A stretch of DNA of 64,000 nt from a virus: positions 5,454 through 69,453 of IMG/VR virus record IMGVR_UViG_3300020442_002247; one strand, written 5' to 3'. The translations under genes and the position numbers were made by a program. How positions within the stretch are numbered: position 1 is the stretch's first letter; every line of letters starts with the position of its first letter. Of this stretch, positions 18,583 through 28,861 are shown piece after piece. Under the pieces are notes generated by a model. The model had not been told where the DNA came from. It did no database searches and saw nothing but the letters and a program-made list of their open reading frames with translations.

Positions 18583-21500
18583 ATGGCAGAGTTTAAACTA
18601 GGTAGAATTAGATTTGTATGGAAGAATAATTGGGCTTCCTCAACAACCTATTACAAAGATGACGTTATCGCATATGGCGGTAAGATGTACCTTTGTGTGA
18701 TAGGACACACCAGTGCGGCGGACTTTTTTACAGATTTAGATGTAAGTCCTTCAAAATGGAATTTAGTAAGTGATGGTCAAACATGGAAAGGTGATTGGAC
18801 AACAGGCACCTATTATGTGTATAATGATATAGTTGCTTATGGTGCTAGACTGTATATCTGCCAGACAGTTCACACATCAGCCGCTGATTCAACACAAGGA
18901 CTTGAAGCTGACATAGATAAGTGGCAAATATTTGCCGAAGGTTTAGATTGGAAAGGTGACTGGACTACTAGTACACGTTATATAATTAATGATGTTGTAA
19001 AGTACGGCGGACAGGTTTATGTTTGTAACGAAGTACACACTTCAAATTCTACAGCTAATGGAGGATTAGAACAAGATCAATCCAAATGGGATTATTTAAA
19101 TAAAGGTGTAGAATACAAAGGCGAGTGGACTGGCTCAGCTGACAACGTACCAGGAACTAGATATAAAGTAAATGATATTGTACGTTATGGTGCGGCTCTT
19201 TGGATTTGTACAACTCATCATACTTCAACAGCAAGATTTTCAACTGACGTTGCAAATTGGGATCAATTTGTAAGAGGTTTTCAGTTCGAAGCAGATTGGG
19301 ATTTTAATAAAACATATCAACCAGGTGACGTTGTAAGATATGGTGGTAATCAATATATTGCAAAAACTAATAATTACGAAAAAAATCCTTTCACGCAAAA
19401 TGCAGACTGGGATTTATTTTCAGAAGGAATAAAATTTTTACAAGAGTGGGGATCAGATTCTACCGCATATGAATATAAGCCAGGTGAATTAGTTACACAC
19501 GGTGCATACACATATATTTGCACAGCTGATCATTCTAATCAAGAACCTCCTAACGCAAGTTACTGGAAAAGATTACATACTGGATTACGCTGGAGAGGAC
19601 AATGGTTAGATGACCAACAATACTTACTAGGCGATGTTGCTAGATACGGTGACAACTCATATGTTTGTATTAACGGACATTTATCAGAAGGTGACGACGG
19701 ATCTTCAGGAGCTGGAGCTGGAGCTGGAAATAGTAGACCAGACCAAGATACAAGTGGTACTTATTGGAATATAATTGCAGTTGGTTCAGAACAAAGTGTG
19801 CTTACTACCAAAGGCGATATGGTTTATTATGCAGACAACGGACCTGCAAGATTACCAATAGGTAAAAATGGACAAGTACTTCAAGTTAGTGCAGATAACA
19901 TTCCAGAATGGGCATATTTAGGAAATGCAGATGACGTTTATTTTGTTGCAGAACATGGTGTTGACAGCCCTGCACCAACTTATGGAAAAACTATTGATAG
20001 ACCTTTTAGAAGTATAAGATATGCGGCTGAGCAAATTGAAAAAGGTGCAAGAAATCCTAATGCCGGAAGATTATTAAACCTCAACAGACAGTTTGTACAA
20101 AAAGAAATTTTAGAATGGATACAATATCAAGTTACTAATACTATATCTCCTTTTACAGGATCATTTGTCTTTAATACAGAAAAGTGTGAAAGAGATATGG
20201 GACTTATTGTAGATGCTATAGTTCATGATATCACACACGGCGGAAATGTTAAGTCAAGAGAAGCGGCTCTATCTTATGTAAATGATACAGCTGGATCTCC
20301 ATACTTAACACAAAAAGACGAAACAGTAGCAGGTATTAATTATGGCGTAACAGTAATGCAAAATGTACTTGCACAAACTGCTCCAGGAACTAATTATCAA
20401 ACAGCAAACGGCGACAACAGTTCAGCCGTAGTTGCACAATATTTTGAAACTGGAATAACAGCAGAAACAGGAATAGCTAATGAAGTACAGCAATTAGCAA
20501 AAATAATTACAGACGCAATTACAGCTGGTGTAGCAACTAATATTCCTAATAGACTTATTAGAAATACTTTAATTAAAGTTTCAACTGGAAAGTATTATGA
20601 AATATTACCTATCATAGTACCAGCAGAATGTTGTGTTATGGGAGATGAACTTCGTTCTGTAGAAGTACAGCCTAGAAAAAATACAAATGCAATAGTAAAT
20701 AATCCTGTCAATTTTACACCTTCAGCAGTAGTTTATACTCCTACTACAGGTGAAATGGTTATTACTATAGGTAATCACAGTATACAAGTAGATCAAAAAA
20801 TTACTATTGCACCAAATAGTTTAACTTTTACTTGTGCTCAAGATAGTAATGCTACAAATCATACATATCCTAGAGCAGGTGATCCTGCATACAATACTGA
20901 ACTAACAGTTTCAGCAGTAACTGATACAACTATTACTGTAAATGTTGGTGTTAGTTCTAATACTACTGTGCATACTTTTGTAAATGCTTCACAAAATGCA
21001 ATTACATACGGGTCATACACATCAGGATTAACAAATATCAAAGACAGCATCTATAGTTTTACAGCTTTACGTAGAATGGAAGATGTTGTTGGAAGAGTTA
21101 TTAGAGGAACTACTGTAGCAAAAACAGCAGGGGCAACTGGTACTCAATCTTCAAACTTTCCATTAGGTGAAAAAGATCAAGAAACTGCAGGTAGACAATT
21201 ATCAAGAATTATTAGAAGAAATGTTGATCATGGACTAGGACAAAAACTAGAACAAGAACTTGCAGGCTTAGATGCAATTCACGATATTAATTACGGATAT
21301 GCTAGAAATTTAATTATAGAAAATAAAAAGTTTGCACAAGAAGAAGTTATTGGATATATTACAGAAAACTATCCTACACTAAAGTATAGCAAAACTAAGT
21401 GCAGACAAGACGTAGGATATATTATAGATGCAATAGCATATGATTTAACCTATCAAGGAAATTGGCAAACTACAAATGCTGGTCTAGCTTACTACAGTGG

Positions 21501-24500
21501 TAGAACAGGAACTCTACAATTAGATCCTTCACAAACTACACAAACAGTGGCAGCATATGGATATTTAAAAACAATTCTTCAAGCTATTGCACAAGATAAT
21601 TTAAATGCTCCAACTAAGCAATCTAATGTATCTCAAGTAAGAGGTACAGCAGGTAGTTCAGCCGCGGCAACAGCAGTTGGTGGTTATATCGATGGAATTA
21701 TTACAATTATCAATAGCGGAGCATCTTATGAACCTACTATTACATATCCAACAATAGGCGCATCAGTTGATGTAGGGTTAACACAAGCTTCAGATAAACT
21801 TGTTTCTGCTAAAGAACACATTGGTGAAAAAGCAGTTGATTTTATCAGCAAAAACTTTGGCACATACAAATACGACAGTGCTAAATGTAGAAGAGATTTA
21901 GGCAAGATTATTACTGATACATCATATGATATTGCAATGGGTACAAATTTTAATGCTGTATACACAGGTATCGCATACAAAAGAGGTAATAATCAATATA
22001 ACAACAATGTACAAAGAACACAAACAGTTGGTTCTATAAGACATGCTAGAGATTTACTTAAAACATCTGTAACTACAGACGGTTCAAGTGCATCAGGTTC
22101 AAGTAATGCTTCTACAAGAATTAGCACAGCATATGATGAAGTAGTTGATATTATTGAAAACGCTCCATTAGGAAATGCAATTCCAGGAGCAACAGCAGTA
22201 GATGCATTGAGCTTACCATCTCCAGCTGGCGTTGCACAAGATAAAGTAGATGCTAAAAACTTATTACAATCAAACAAAGCGTTTATTGCGGCAGATGTAA
22301 ATGCTTATGTTGCTGTAAATTATCCTTCACACTCGCATGATGCGGCAAAATGCACACGTGATACAGGATACTTTGTTGACGCTTTATCATATGATATACT
22401 ATACGGTGGTAATCAAGCAACAATGAGAGTTGCTGATAGTTTTATTGATGATGATTTAGTTTATGTTTACGGTGTAGATGGAAGTGCAACTGCAATTACA
22501 AAAGCGGCATATACGCACATGAAGTCTATTGTAGACGATATTGTTACAGAAACTTCTATAACTAAACAAACAGGAAACAGTGAAACACAAGTAACCAGTG
22601 GAAATCCAGCAACAGGCACAGAAGGTACTGCAATTCAAAATAATGTAGATCTTGTGTTAGACGTTTTAACACCAAGAACTCCTGCCGCTGGTACTACTTA
22701 TGATCCAGTATCGGGTGATTTAGTAGTAAACATCGGTGCTCATAACCTAGAAGTAGGTGGCGAAGTTAGAATTGCAGACGGAGCTATTAGATTTACTTGT
22801 GGACTTGATAGTAATGCAACTAATCATGACTATCCACGCTCAACAGATCCAGCTTCCAGTAAGAGATTAACTATTCTTGCAGAAACAGCAAATACAATTA
22901 CAGTAAACGTAGGACCATCACAAAACACTTCAACTCATGTGTTTGTAAGTGGTGTTGCAAATAGTGTGCTTGTGTTATTGCCAAAAGTAATTACATATCC
23001 AGATATTACTTGGGCTGATGCTGAATACAAAACTGCACACAGCGATATTTTAAGTGATAAAAATGATGTTATAAAATCTACAATACAGTACATTCAAGAT
23101 ACTTACAGTGGTTTCAAATATAACCATGCTAAGTGTACAAGAGATTTAGGATACATCATTGATGCGGCAAGATATGATTGGATGTTAGGTACTAACTTTG
23201 CAAGTATGATTGCGGCTTATTCATACTTGAGAGAACCAAGCAAAAAAGTACTTGGAGATCAAAAAGACTTTACACTTGCGGCTCTAGAATTTGAAAGAAT
23301 ACAGTGTAAGAAAAATGTAAACTTTAATCTTGTAGCACAGTCTGGTATTGATATGACTTTTGATTGGTTAAAAGATATCATATTTGGTGGAAGCTGTGAA
23401 GGTAATAATAGAACTACAGATATATTCAATAACCACAGTGCATCAAGACAGTTAGAATTAAACAAACCATTTATTGTTGATGAACTACAATCATATGTTG
23501 AAGAATACTTTAAAGGAAAAATTGATAAAATTGATTCGTCAAAAGTATTCACCACAGTATACAATACATTTACTCCAACAAATGCAGTATACACTCCTAC
23601 AACAGGTCAAATGGTTATTACAATTGGTTCACACACATTAACAACTGGACAGTTGGTTAGAATAGAACCTAACGGTATAACATTTACTTGTGCTCAAGAT
23701 AATAATGGAACAAATCACAGTTATCCAAGAGCATCTGATCCAAGTTATAAAGATGCATTACCAATTATTTCATTTGATGCAACTACTATTACAGTTAATG
23801 TTGGAATATCTTCTTATACTGGAACACATACTTTTGTAAGTGCATTGACTGGTGCAGTAAAACATGGCGGTACTTACTGGTTAAGTCAAAATCAAGAAAT
23901 TAAATTCCAAGGTGGAGAAGATAGCACATTATCAATTGAAGATACAGGATTAGAAGAATCATCAACTTATTTTGTAAAAGATATTTTAAGTCCATCAACA
24001 TTTACTATTAGTGCTACTAAAGGTGGTGCTCAATTAACCACAATGAGTGAAAGCGAAACAGGTAAAAACTTTGGATTTAAAAAAGCGTATGGCTATGAAA
24101 AAACAGCATGTACACGTGATGTAAATGCATACTTAGATGCTGTTAAATGGGATATGTTATGGGCTAAAGAATTTGTTAGAGAATACACAGACGGTGTAAG
24201 ATTAGTATTACCAGCAATGTATAAATCAAAATATGCGGCTAGATACTACATCAATGCTGTTAACGGTTCTCAAGAAGAAGACATGTACTACTTTAGAAAT
24301 GGTACAGGTTTAAGATTACAGTCAGTAAAAGGTTTAAGTGGAGACTTAGGTCCTGCAAATGCTAATGGAACAAGTAGACCAACAGCAGGTGCATATGCAT
24401 CGCTTGATCCAGGATGGGGACCAGATGATGAGCGTGTTTGGATTACTGCACGTTCACCATATGTACAAAATGTTACAACATTTGGTGATGCCGCAACTGG

Positions 24501-27500
24501 ACAACGAATAGATGGTGCATTACACAACGGAGGCAACGACTCAATTGTTTCCAATGACTTTACACAAGTTATCAGTGACGGTATTGGCGCACATATTCTT
24601 AACAATGGTAGAGCAGAACTTGTTTCTGTGTTCAGTTACTATGCACACATAGGATACTTGGCTGAAAGTGGCGGAAGAATTAGAGCTACAAATGGTAATA
24701 ACTCATACGGTGATTTTGGATCCGTAGCAGAAGGAGTTGATCCAGATGAAGTAGCAGTGACAGCAATAGTTGATAACCAAGATCAATACAAAGCTGTGAT
24801 TGATAATGTTGTTGTTGACAACAATCAGGTATTAGCTTTTGAATATGGACATGCAGGAAATGATTATACTGAAGCAAGTATGAGTATTTTTGGACCAGGC
24901 TCAGGAGAAGCTATTGAAGAAGATGAATTCAGAGACGATGGTGTTAATCAGGTTAGACTTCTTAACATAGATGATTCTAGTGGAGCAATTGGTGGCAGTG
25001 GGTTCCAGCTTGTATCAAATACTGCACAAAGTGGTAATGCAACAAGTATTACACTAGCGGCAACAGACGGAAATAGTTCAACAGCTTATCCTGGTATGAA
25101 ACTTTACATTACTGGAGGTAATGGAGTAGGTCAGTATGGTATCATTGATACATATAATTCAGGATCAAAAGTTGCAACAATCAAAAAAGATTCAGATGCA
25201 TCAGCTGGATTCGATCATATTGTAGCAGGAACAGCTATAGTAAGTCCAGACTCAACTAGTGTATATCAAATTGAACCAGCAATTAAATTTACAGGACCTA
25301 CAGATAGCAACTCAGCACACACTTTAAGCTCATCTAATAATTGGTCAGATGTTAGATGGATGGAAACTGGTGCTAATTTTACAGCAGTATCAACAACTAC
25401 AACAAGTGTTGCAGGTTCAGGTGCTACATTTAACGTAGAAAAAGTTGGAAGTAAATATTTTGTTACTTTATCAAGCGGTGGACAGGACTACACTAGATTA
25501 GATACATTAACTGTACTAGGTACAAATGTAGGCGGATCTACTACTACACATGATATTACTATAACTGCAACAACAGTAAATGCAACTACAGGTGCTATTG
25601 AAGCATTTGATTTTACAGGCAATGCAAATGGTGGTGTTTATATTGCACTACCTGGAACTAACGGTGCAACAGCAGGATCAACAAGCACAAATGGTACTAC
25701 ATGGACAGCTGAAACATTGCCAAGTCCAGGCGGTAGTGCATTTTGGCATAGAAGTGCAGACGGTTATTTAGACGATGGATCATCGACATTTAGAACTTCA
25801 CAAATGGTTATTGTTGCAACTCAAAGTAACAATGTTGCTTACACAACAGATGGCACTACATGGTCAACAGCTACTCTACCTAGCATGACTGCAGGAAGTA
25901 AAAAATACGTAGCATTCGCAGACCTAGGAGCAGGCTTTACAAGGTTTGTTGTTATTAACGAAGTTGATGACGATGTTTGTTATTCAGATGATGGTGGGGC
26001 AAACTGGACATTTGTTAGCGGAGCATTACCTGCGGCAGGATTTGAACATTTAACTAGAGGTGCAGGAAAATTTGTTGCAATTAAAAGCGGAGCGGCATGT
26101 TATTCAACAGATGGTATAACATGGTCAAGTGCATCAGGTGCACCGGCTTCAGAAACATTTGTTGACATGGCTTATGGTAACAATAGATTTATTGCTATTG
26201 CTTCAACTTCTAATGCATTAAGTTATAGTTTAGATGGCGGAGATAATTGGACAGCTGGTACATTACCAGCAGTAGCATCACCAACAGCATATAAGAGAAT
26301 TGCATACGGACAGGGAATGTTTGTTGCAACTCAAACTTCATCAAACTCAGCAGTTTGTAAATCAGAAGAAGGTTTAATTTGGTCGCAATACTCAGTTACA
26401 GCTGATCCTGGTACTCCAAGCGGACATAATGCAATAGCATTTGGTAATCCGGATAGAGCAGGACAGTTTGTGTTTATATCAAACGGTGCTTCTAAAAACC
26501 ATATTATTAAATCCGTAATAGGTTGTACAGCTAGAGGCAGAGCTAGTGTTGCAAGTGAAAAAATATTCAAAATTAGAATTGTAGAACCAGGATCAGGATA
26601 TGGATCAGCACCAACAATGACTGTTACAGATCCAGGAAATATTAATGATATCAACTTTACAGTTAGAACAAACAAAGGTGTATTAGCTAATCCTTCCTTT
26701 GTAACACGCGGTACAGGATTTACACAAGCATCAGCTGATGTAAACACTATCGGCAGTGATGGTAGAGCAGACTTTTTACAAGATGGACAGTATATTGCTG
26801 TAAGAAGATTAAGTGCAAAACCAGTAGACGGATCAAATGTAGTTTTTGACAGTATACCAAACAAAGTATTTAAACTAGTTGGCACTGTAAGTTTTGTAGG
26901 TAGTCAAGATGGATCTTATACATCATTCCTACAAGTAAGTCCACAAATGGCAAACGAAGATGCAGTTCCAGATGGTGATCCAGTTACTATAAGAATTAGA
27001 TATTCACAAGTCAGATTAACTGGGCATGACTTCCTTGATATTGGTACAGGCGGATTTACATCAACTAATTATCCAGGAACACCAACAGTAGCTCCTGATC
27101 AAACCAAAGAAACAAAAGGTCTAAATGGAGGTAGAGTATTCTTTACAACTACAGACCAAGATGGTAACTTTAGAGTTGGTGACTTGTTCAGTATTGAACA
27201 GTCAACAGGTGTTGCAACATTGGATGCTGAATCATTTAATATTGCAGGATTGCAAGAACTTACACTTGGAGAAGTTACACTAGGTGGTAACTCTGCAAGT
27301 ATTACAGAATTTAGTACAGATCCGTTCTTCACAGCAAATTCAGATACTATTGTTCCTACTCAGAGAGCAATCAAAGCATATATTGAGGCACAAATTGGAG
27401 GCGGTGGTGCTTCTCTTAACGTTAACAGTGTAACAGCAGGTGATATCTTCGTAGGATCAAATGTTATACAGAACGTTGCAGGAGGAGTGATAAATATTCA

Positions 27501-27567
27501 AGCAAGGATTAATTTCCAAGGCGGAGTTACAGGATTACCTGTAGCTTACAATTACTTTTTAAGATAG
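18583..27567 (+). CDS. Giant virion appendage protein (2994 aa) with CBM-like repeats, six helical KCxRD repeats, beta-helix and propeller (paralogue B2)
   Basis: MAEFKL(G/D)R start and C-terminal block shared with B1. Repeats are described under findings. Confidence 0.82.
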   Translation: MAEFKLGRIRFVWKNNWASSTTYYKDDVIAYGGKMYLCVIGHTSAADFFTDLDVSPSKWNLVSDGQTWKGDWTTGTYYVYNDIVAYGARLYICQTVHTSAADSTQGLEADIDKWQIFAEGLDWKGDWTTSTRYIINDVVKYGGQVYVCNEVHTSNSTANGGLEQDQSKWDYLNKGVEYKGEWTGSADNVPGTRYKVNDIVRYGAALWICTTHHTSTARFSTDVANWDQFVRGFQFEADWDFNKTYQPGDVVRYGGNQYIAKTNNYEKNPFTQNADWDLFSEGIKFLQEWGSDSTAYEYKPGELVTHGAYTYICTADHSNQEPPNASYWKRLHTGLRWRGQWLDDQQYLLGDVARYGDNSYVCINGHLSEGDDGSSGAGAGAGNSRPDQDTSGTYWNIIAVGSEQSVLTTKGDMVYYADNGPARLPIGKNGQVLQVSADNIPEWAYLGNADDVYFVAEHGVDSPAPTYGKTIDRPFRSIRYAAEQIEKGARNPNAGRLLNLNRQFVQKEILEWIQYQVTNTISPFTGSFVFNTEKCERDMGLIVDAIVHDITHGGNVKSREAALSYVNDTAGSPYLTQKDETVAGINYGVTVMQNVLAQTAPGTNYQTANGDNSSAVVAQYFETGITAETGIANEVQQLAKIITDAITAGVATNIPNRLIRNTLIKVSTGKYYEILPIIVPAECCVMGDELRSVEVQPRKNTNAIVNNPVNFTPSAVVYTPTTGEMVITIGNHSIQVDQKITIAPNSLTFTCAQDSNATNHTYPRAGDPAYNTELTVSAVTDTTITVNVGVSSNTTVHTFVNASQNAITYGSYTSGLTNIKDSIYSFTALRRMEDVVGRVIRGTTVAKTAGATGTQSSNFPLGEKDQETAGRQLSRIIRRNVDHGLGQKLEQELAGLDAIHDINYGYARNLIIENKKFAQEEVIGYITENYPTLKYSKTKCRQDVGYIIDAIAYDLTYQGNWQTTNAGLAYYSGRTGTLQLDPSQTTQTVAAYGYLKTILQAIAQDNLNAPTKQSNVSQVRGTAGSSAAATAVGGYIDGIITIINSGASYEPTITYPTIGASVDVGLTQASDKLVSAKEHIGEKAVDFISKNFGTYKYDSAKCRRDLGKIITDTSYDIAMGTNFNAVYTGIAYKRGNNQYNNNVQRTQTVGSIRHARDLLKTSVTTDGSSASGSSNASTRISTAYDEVVDIIENAPLGNAIPGATAVDALSLPSPAGVAQDKVDAKNLLQSNKAFIAADVNAYVAVNYPSHSHDAAKCTRDTGYFVDALSYDILYGGNQATMRVADSFIDDDLVYVYGVDGSATAITKAAYTHMKSIVDDIVTETSITKQTGNSETQVTSGNPATGTEGTAIQNNVDLVLDVLTPRTPAAGTTYDPVSGDLVVNIGAHNLEVGGEVRIADGAIRFTCGLDSNATNHDYPRSTDPASSKRLTILAETANTITVNVGPSQNTSTHVFVSGVANSVLVLLPKVITYPDITWADAEYKTAHSDILSDKNDVIKSTIQYIQDTYSGFKYNHAKCTRDLGYIIDAARYDWMLGTNFASMIAAYSYLREPSKKVLGDQKDFTLAALEFERIQCKKNVNFNLVAQSGIDMTFDWLKDIIFGGSCEGNNRTTDIFNNHSASRQLELNKPFIVDELQSYVEEYFKGKIDKIDSSKVFTTVYNTFTPTNAVYTPTTGQMVITIGSHTLTTGQLVRIEPNGITFTCAQDNNGTNHSYPRASDPSYKDALPIISFDATTITVNVGISSYTGTHTFVSALTGAVKHGGTYWLSQNQEIKFQGGEDSTLSIEDTGLEESSTYFVKDILSPSTFTISATKGGAQLTTMSESETGKNFGFKKAYGYEKTACTRDVNAYLDAVKWDMLWAKEFVREYTDGVRLVLPAMYKSKYAARYYINAVNGSQEEDMYYFRNGTGLRLQSVKGLSGDLGPANANGTSRPTAGAYASLDPGWGPDDERVWITARSPYVQNVTTFGDAATGQRIDGALHNGGNDSIVSNDFTQVISDGIGAHILNNGRAELVSVFSYYAHIGYLAESGGRIRATNGNNSYGDFGSVAEGVDPDEVAVTAIVDNQDQYKAVIDNVVVDNNQVLAFEYGHAGNDYTEASMSIFGPGSGEAIEEDEFRDDGVNQVRLLNIDDSSGAIGGSGFQLVSNTAQSGNATSITLAATDGNSSTAYPGMKLYITGGNGVGQYGIIDTYNSGSKVATIKKDSDASAGFDHIVAGTAIVSPDSTSVYQIEPAIKFTGPTDSNSAHTLSSSNNWSDVRWMETGANFTAVSTTTTSVAGSGATFNVEKVGSKYFVTLSSGGQDYTRLDTLTVLGTNVGGSTTTHDITITATTVNATTGAIEAFDFTGNANGGVYIALPGTNGATAGSTSTNGTTWTAETLPSPGGSAFWHRSADGYLDDGSSTFRTSQMVIVATQSNNVAYTTDGTTWSTATLPSMTAGSKKYVAFADLGAGFTRFVVINEVDDDVCYSDDGGANWTFVSGALPAAGFEHLTRGAGKFVAIKSGAACYSTDGITWSSASGAPASETFVDMAYGNNRFIAIASTSNALSYSLDGGDNWTAGTLPAVASPTAYKRIAYGQGMFVATQTSSNSAVCKSEEGLIWSQYSVTADPGTPSGHNAIAFGNPDRAGQFVFISNGASKNHIIKSVIGCTARGRASVASEKIFKIRIVEPGSGYGSAPTMTVTDPGNINDINFTVRTNKGVLANPSFVTRGTGFTQASADVNTIGSDGRADFLQDGQYIAVRRLSAKPVDGSNVVFDSIPNKVFKLVGTVSFVGSQDGSYTSFLQVSPQMANEDAVPDGDPVTIRIRYSQVRLTGHDFLDIGTGGFTSTNYPGTPTVAPDQTKETKGLNGGRVFFTTTDQDGNFRVGDLFSIEQSTGVATLDAESFNIAGLQELTLGEVTLGGNSASITEFSTDPFFTANSDTIVPTQRAIKAYIEAQIGGGGASLNVNSVTAGDIFVGSNVIQNVAGGVINIQARINFQGGVTGLPVAYNYFLR

Positions 27568-27579
27568 GAGAGTGTAAAA

Positions 27580-27906
27580 ATGGCAACAGGAAGATTAGGC
27601 GTAGCGGATTTAAGTGCAACTACTAATACAACAATTTACACAGTACCTACTGATAATTTTGCAGTAGTTACAGTAAACGTTTGTAATAGAAATTCGACAT
27701 CATCGAATATAAGAGTAGCAATGGCCGCAACAGATTCGCCGGCAAATACAGAGTTCGTTGAATACGACACTGAACTGGTTGGTCATGGTGTTTTAGAAAA
27801 AACCGGTATGGTAATGGACGCAGGTAAAAAAATTGTAGCTTATTCAAGTCAAGCTAATGTGTCTGTTGTTGTGCATGGAATAGAAACATCTACAGCAACC
27901 ACATAA
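27580..27906 (+). CDS. Small ~110-aa virion adaptor-like protein (paralogue 3)
   Basis: TIYTVP...VVTVNVCNR...LEKTG.VM..GKKIV; SD AGGAG. Confidence 0.7.
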   Translation: MATGRLGVADLSATTNTTIYTVPTDNFAVVTVNVCNRNSTSSNIRVAMAATDSPANTEFVEYDTELVGHGVLEKTGMVMDAGKKIVAYSSQANVSVVVHGIETSTATT

Positions 27907-27916
27907 GGAAAGCAAA

Positions 27917-28858
27917 ATGGCAAGAAAAATTACAACACGAGTAACTGGAGCACCTTTATTAGGAAGTCTATTTACTACAACTAATACTGTAAAAACACTA
28001 GCAACTGACGAAAATCTATTGTTAGATCCTAATGGTGCAGGTTTAGTAAACGTAATAGGCTATTTAAAAACTAGCGGACCAGCTAGTGGTCTTCAATTAG
28101 AAGATGGCGATGCTTCAAACAAAGTTACTATTTCAGTTCCGGATTTAAGCTCCGATTACACTCTCACTCTTCCTACAACTGATGGTGACTCTAGTCAAGT
28201 TTTGCAAACAAATGGTAGTGGAACATTATCCTGGGCAGACCTAGGAGTTTCTATTACAGACGATACTACAACTAATGCTACTAGATATGTGCATTTTTCT
28301 AGTGCAACCTCTGGAAATGTAAGTACTCTAAACGCTTCTAGTACAAAATTACGTTTTAATCCAAGTACTGGTTCTTTATTTTCAGGAGTAGTTACAGGAG
28401 GAACAGCGGCAAGTAATAACTTAGTATTAAGAAGCACAAGCGATGGTACAAAAGGACAAGTATATTTAGACGAAGCTACAGCAAGTTCGAGTACAACTAG
28501 TGGAGCTCTAAGGCTAGCAGGTGGTGCAGGTATTGCAGGAAGTGTATATGTAGGCGGTACTTTGAGTGCGTCTAATATTACTGAAACATCAAGTATAGCA
28601 TTAAAAACAAATGTTACACCTATTGAGTCTGCACTAGATAAATTAACACAACTTGTTGGTGTAACCTATGATAGAAAAGACGGCTCAACAAAAAATGAAG
28701 CAGGTTTAATTGCTGAAGAAGTCCATAAAGTTTTACCTAATCTAGTTACTTATAGAGACGGAAAACCTGAAGGAATCAACTATACAAAAATTAGTGCATA
28801 CATCATCGAAGCAATTAAGGAAATCAAAGAAGAAGTAAGAAACTTGAAGGGGTTCTAA
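27917..28858 (+). CDS. Tail fibre protein with a C-terminal S74 intramolecular chaperone
   Basis: TSSIALKTNV.PI..ALDKL..L.GV.Y......EAGLIAEEV.KVLP.LV...GINY......IEAIKE is the Peptidase_S74 autocleaving chaperone signature. Confidence 0.85.
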   Translation: MARKITTRVTGAPLLGSLFTTTNTVKTLATDENLLLDPNGAGLVNVIGYLKTSGPASGLQLEDGDASNKVTISVPDLSSDYTLTLPTTDGDSSQVLQTNGSGTLSWADLGVSITDDTTTNATRYVHFSSATSGNVSTLNASSTKLRFNPSTGSLFSGVVTGGTAASNNLVLRSTSDGTKGQVYLDEATASSSTTSGALRLAGGAGIAGSVYVGGTLSASNITETSSIALKTNVTPIESALDKLTQLVGVTYDRKDGSTKNEAGLIAEEVHKVLPNLVTYRDGKPEGINYTKISAYIIEAIKEIKEEVRNLKGF

Positions 28859-28861
28859 AAT

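Noticed and set aside
20170-24180. Calling the KCxRD repeats true phycobiliprotein genes or the phage a cyanophage
   Set aside because: The repeats are embedded in a virion protein, and no photosynthesis or bilin genes occur in the window. Host assignment cannot be made from this.
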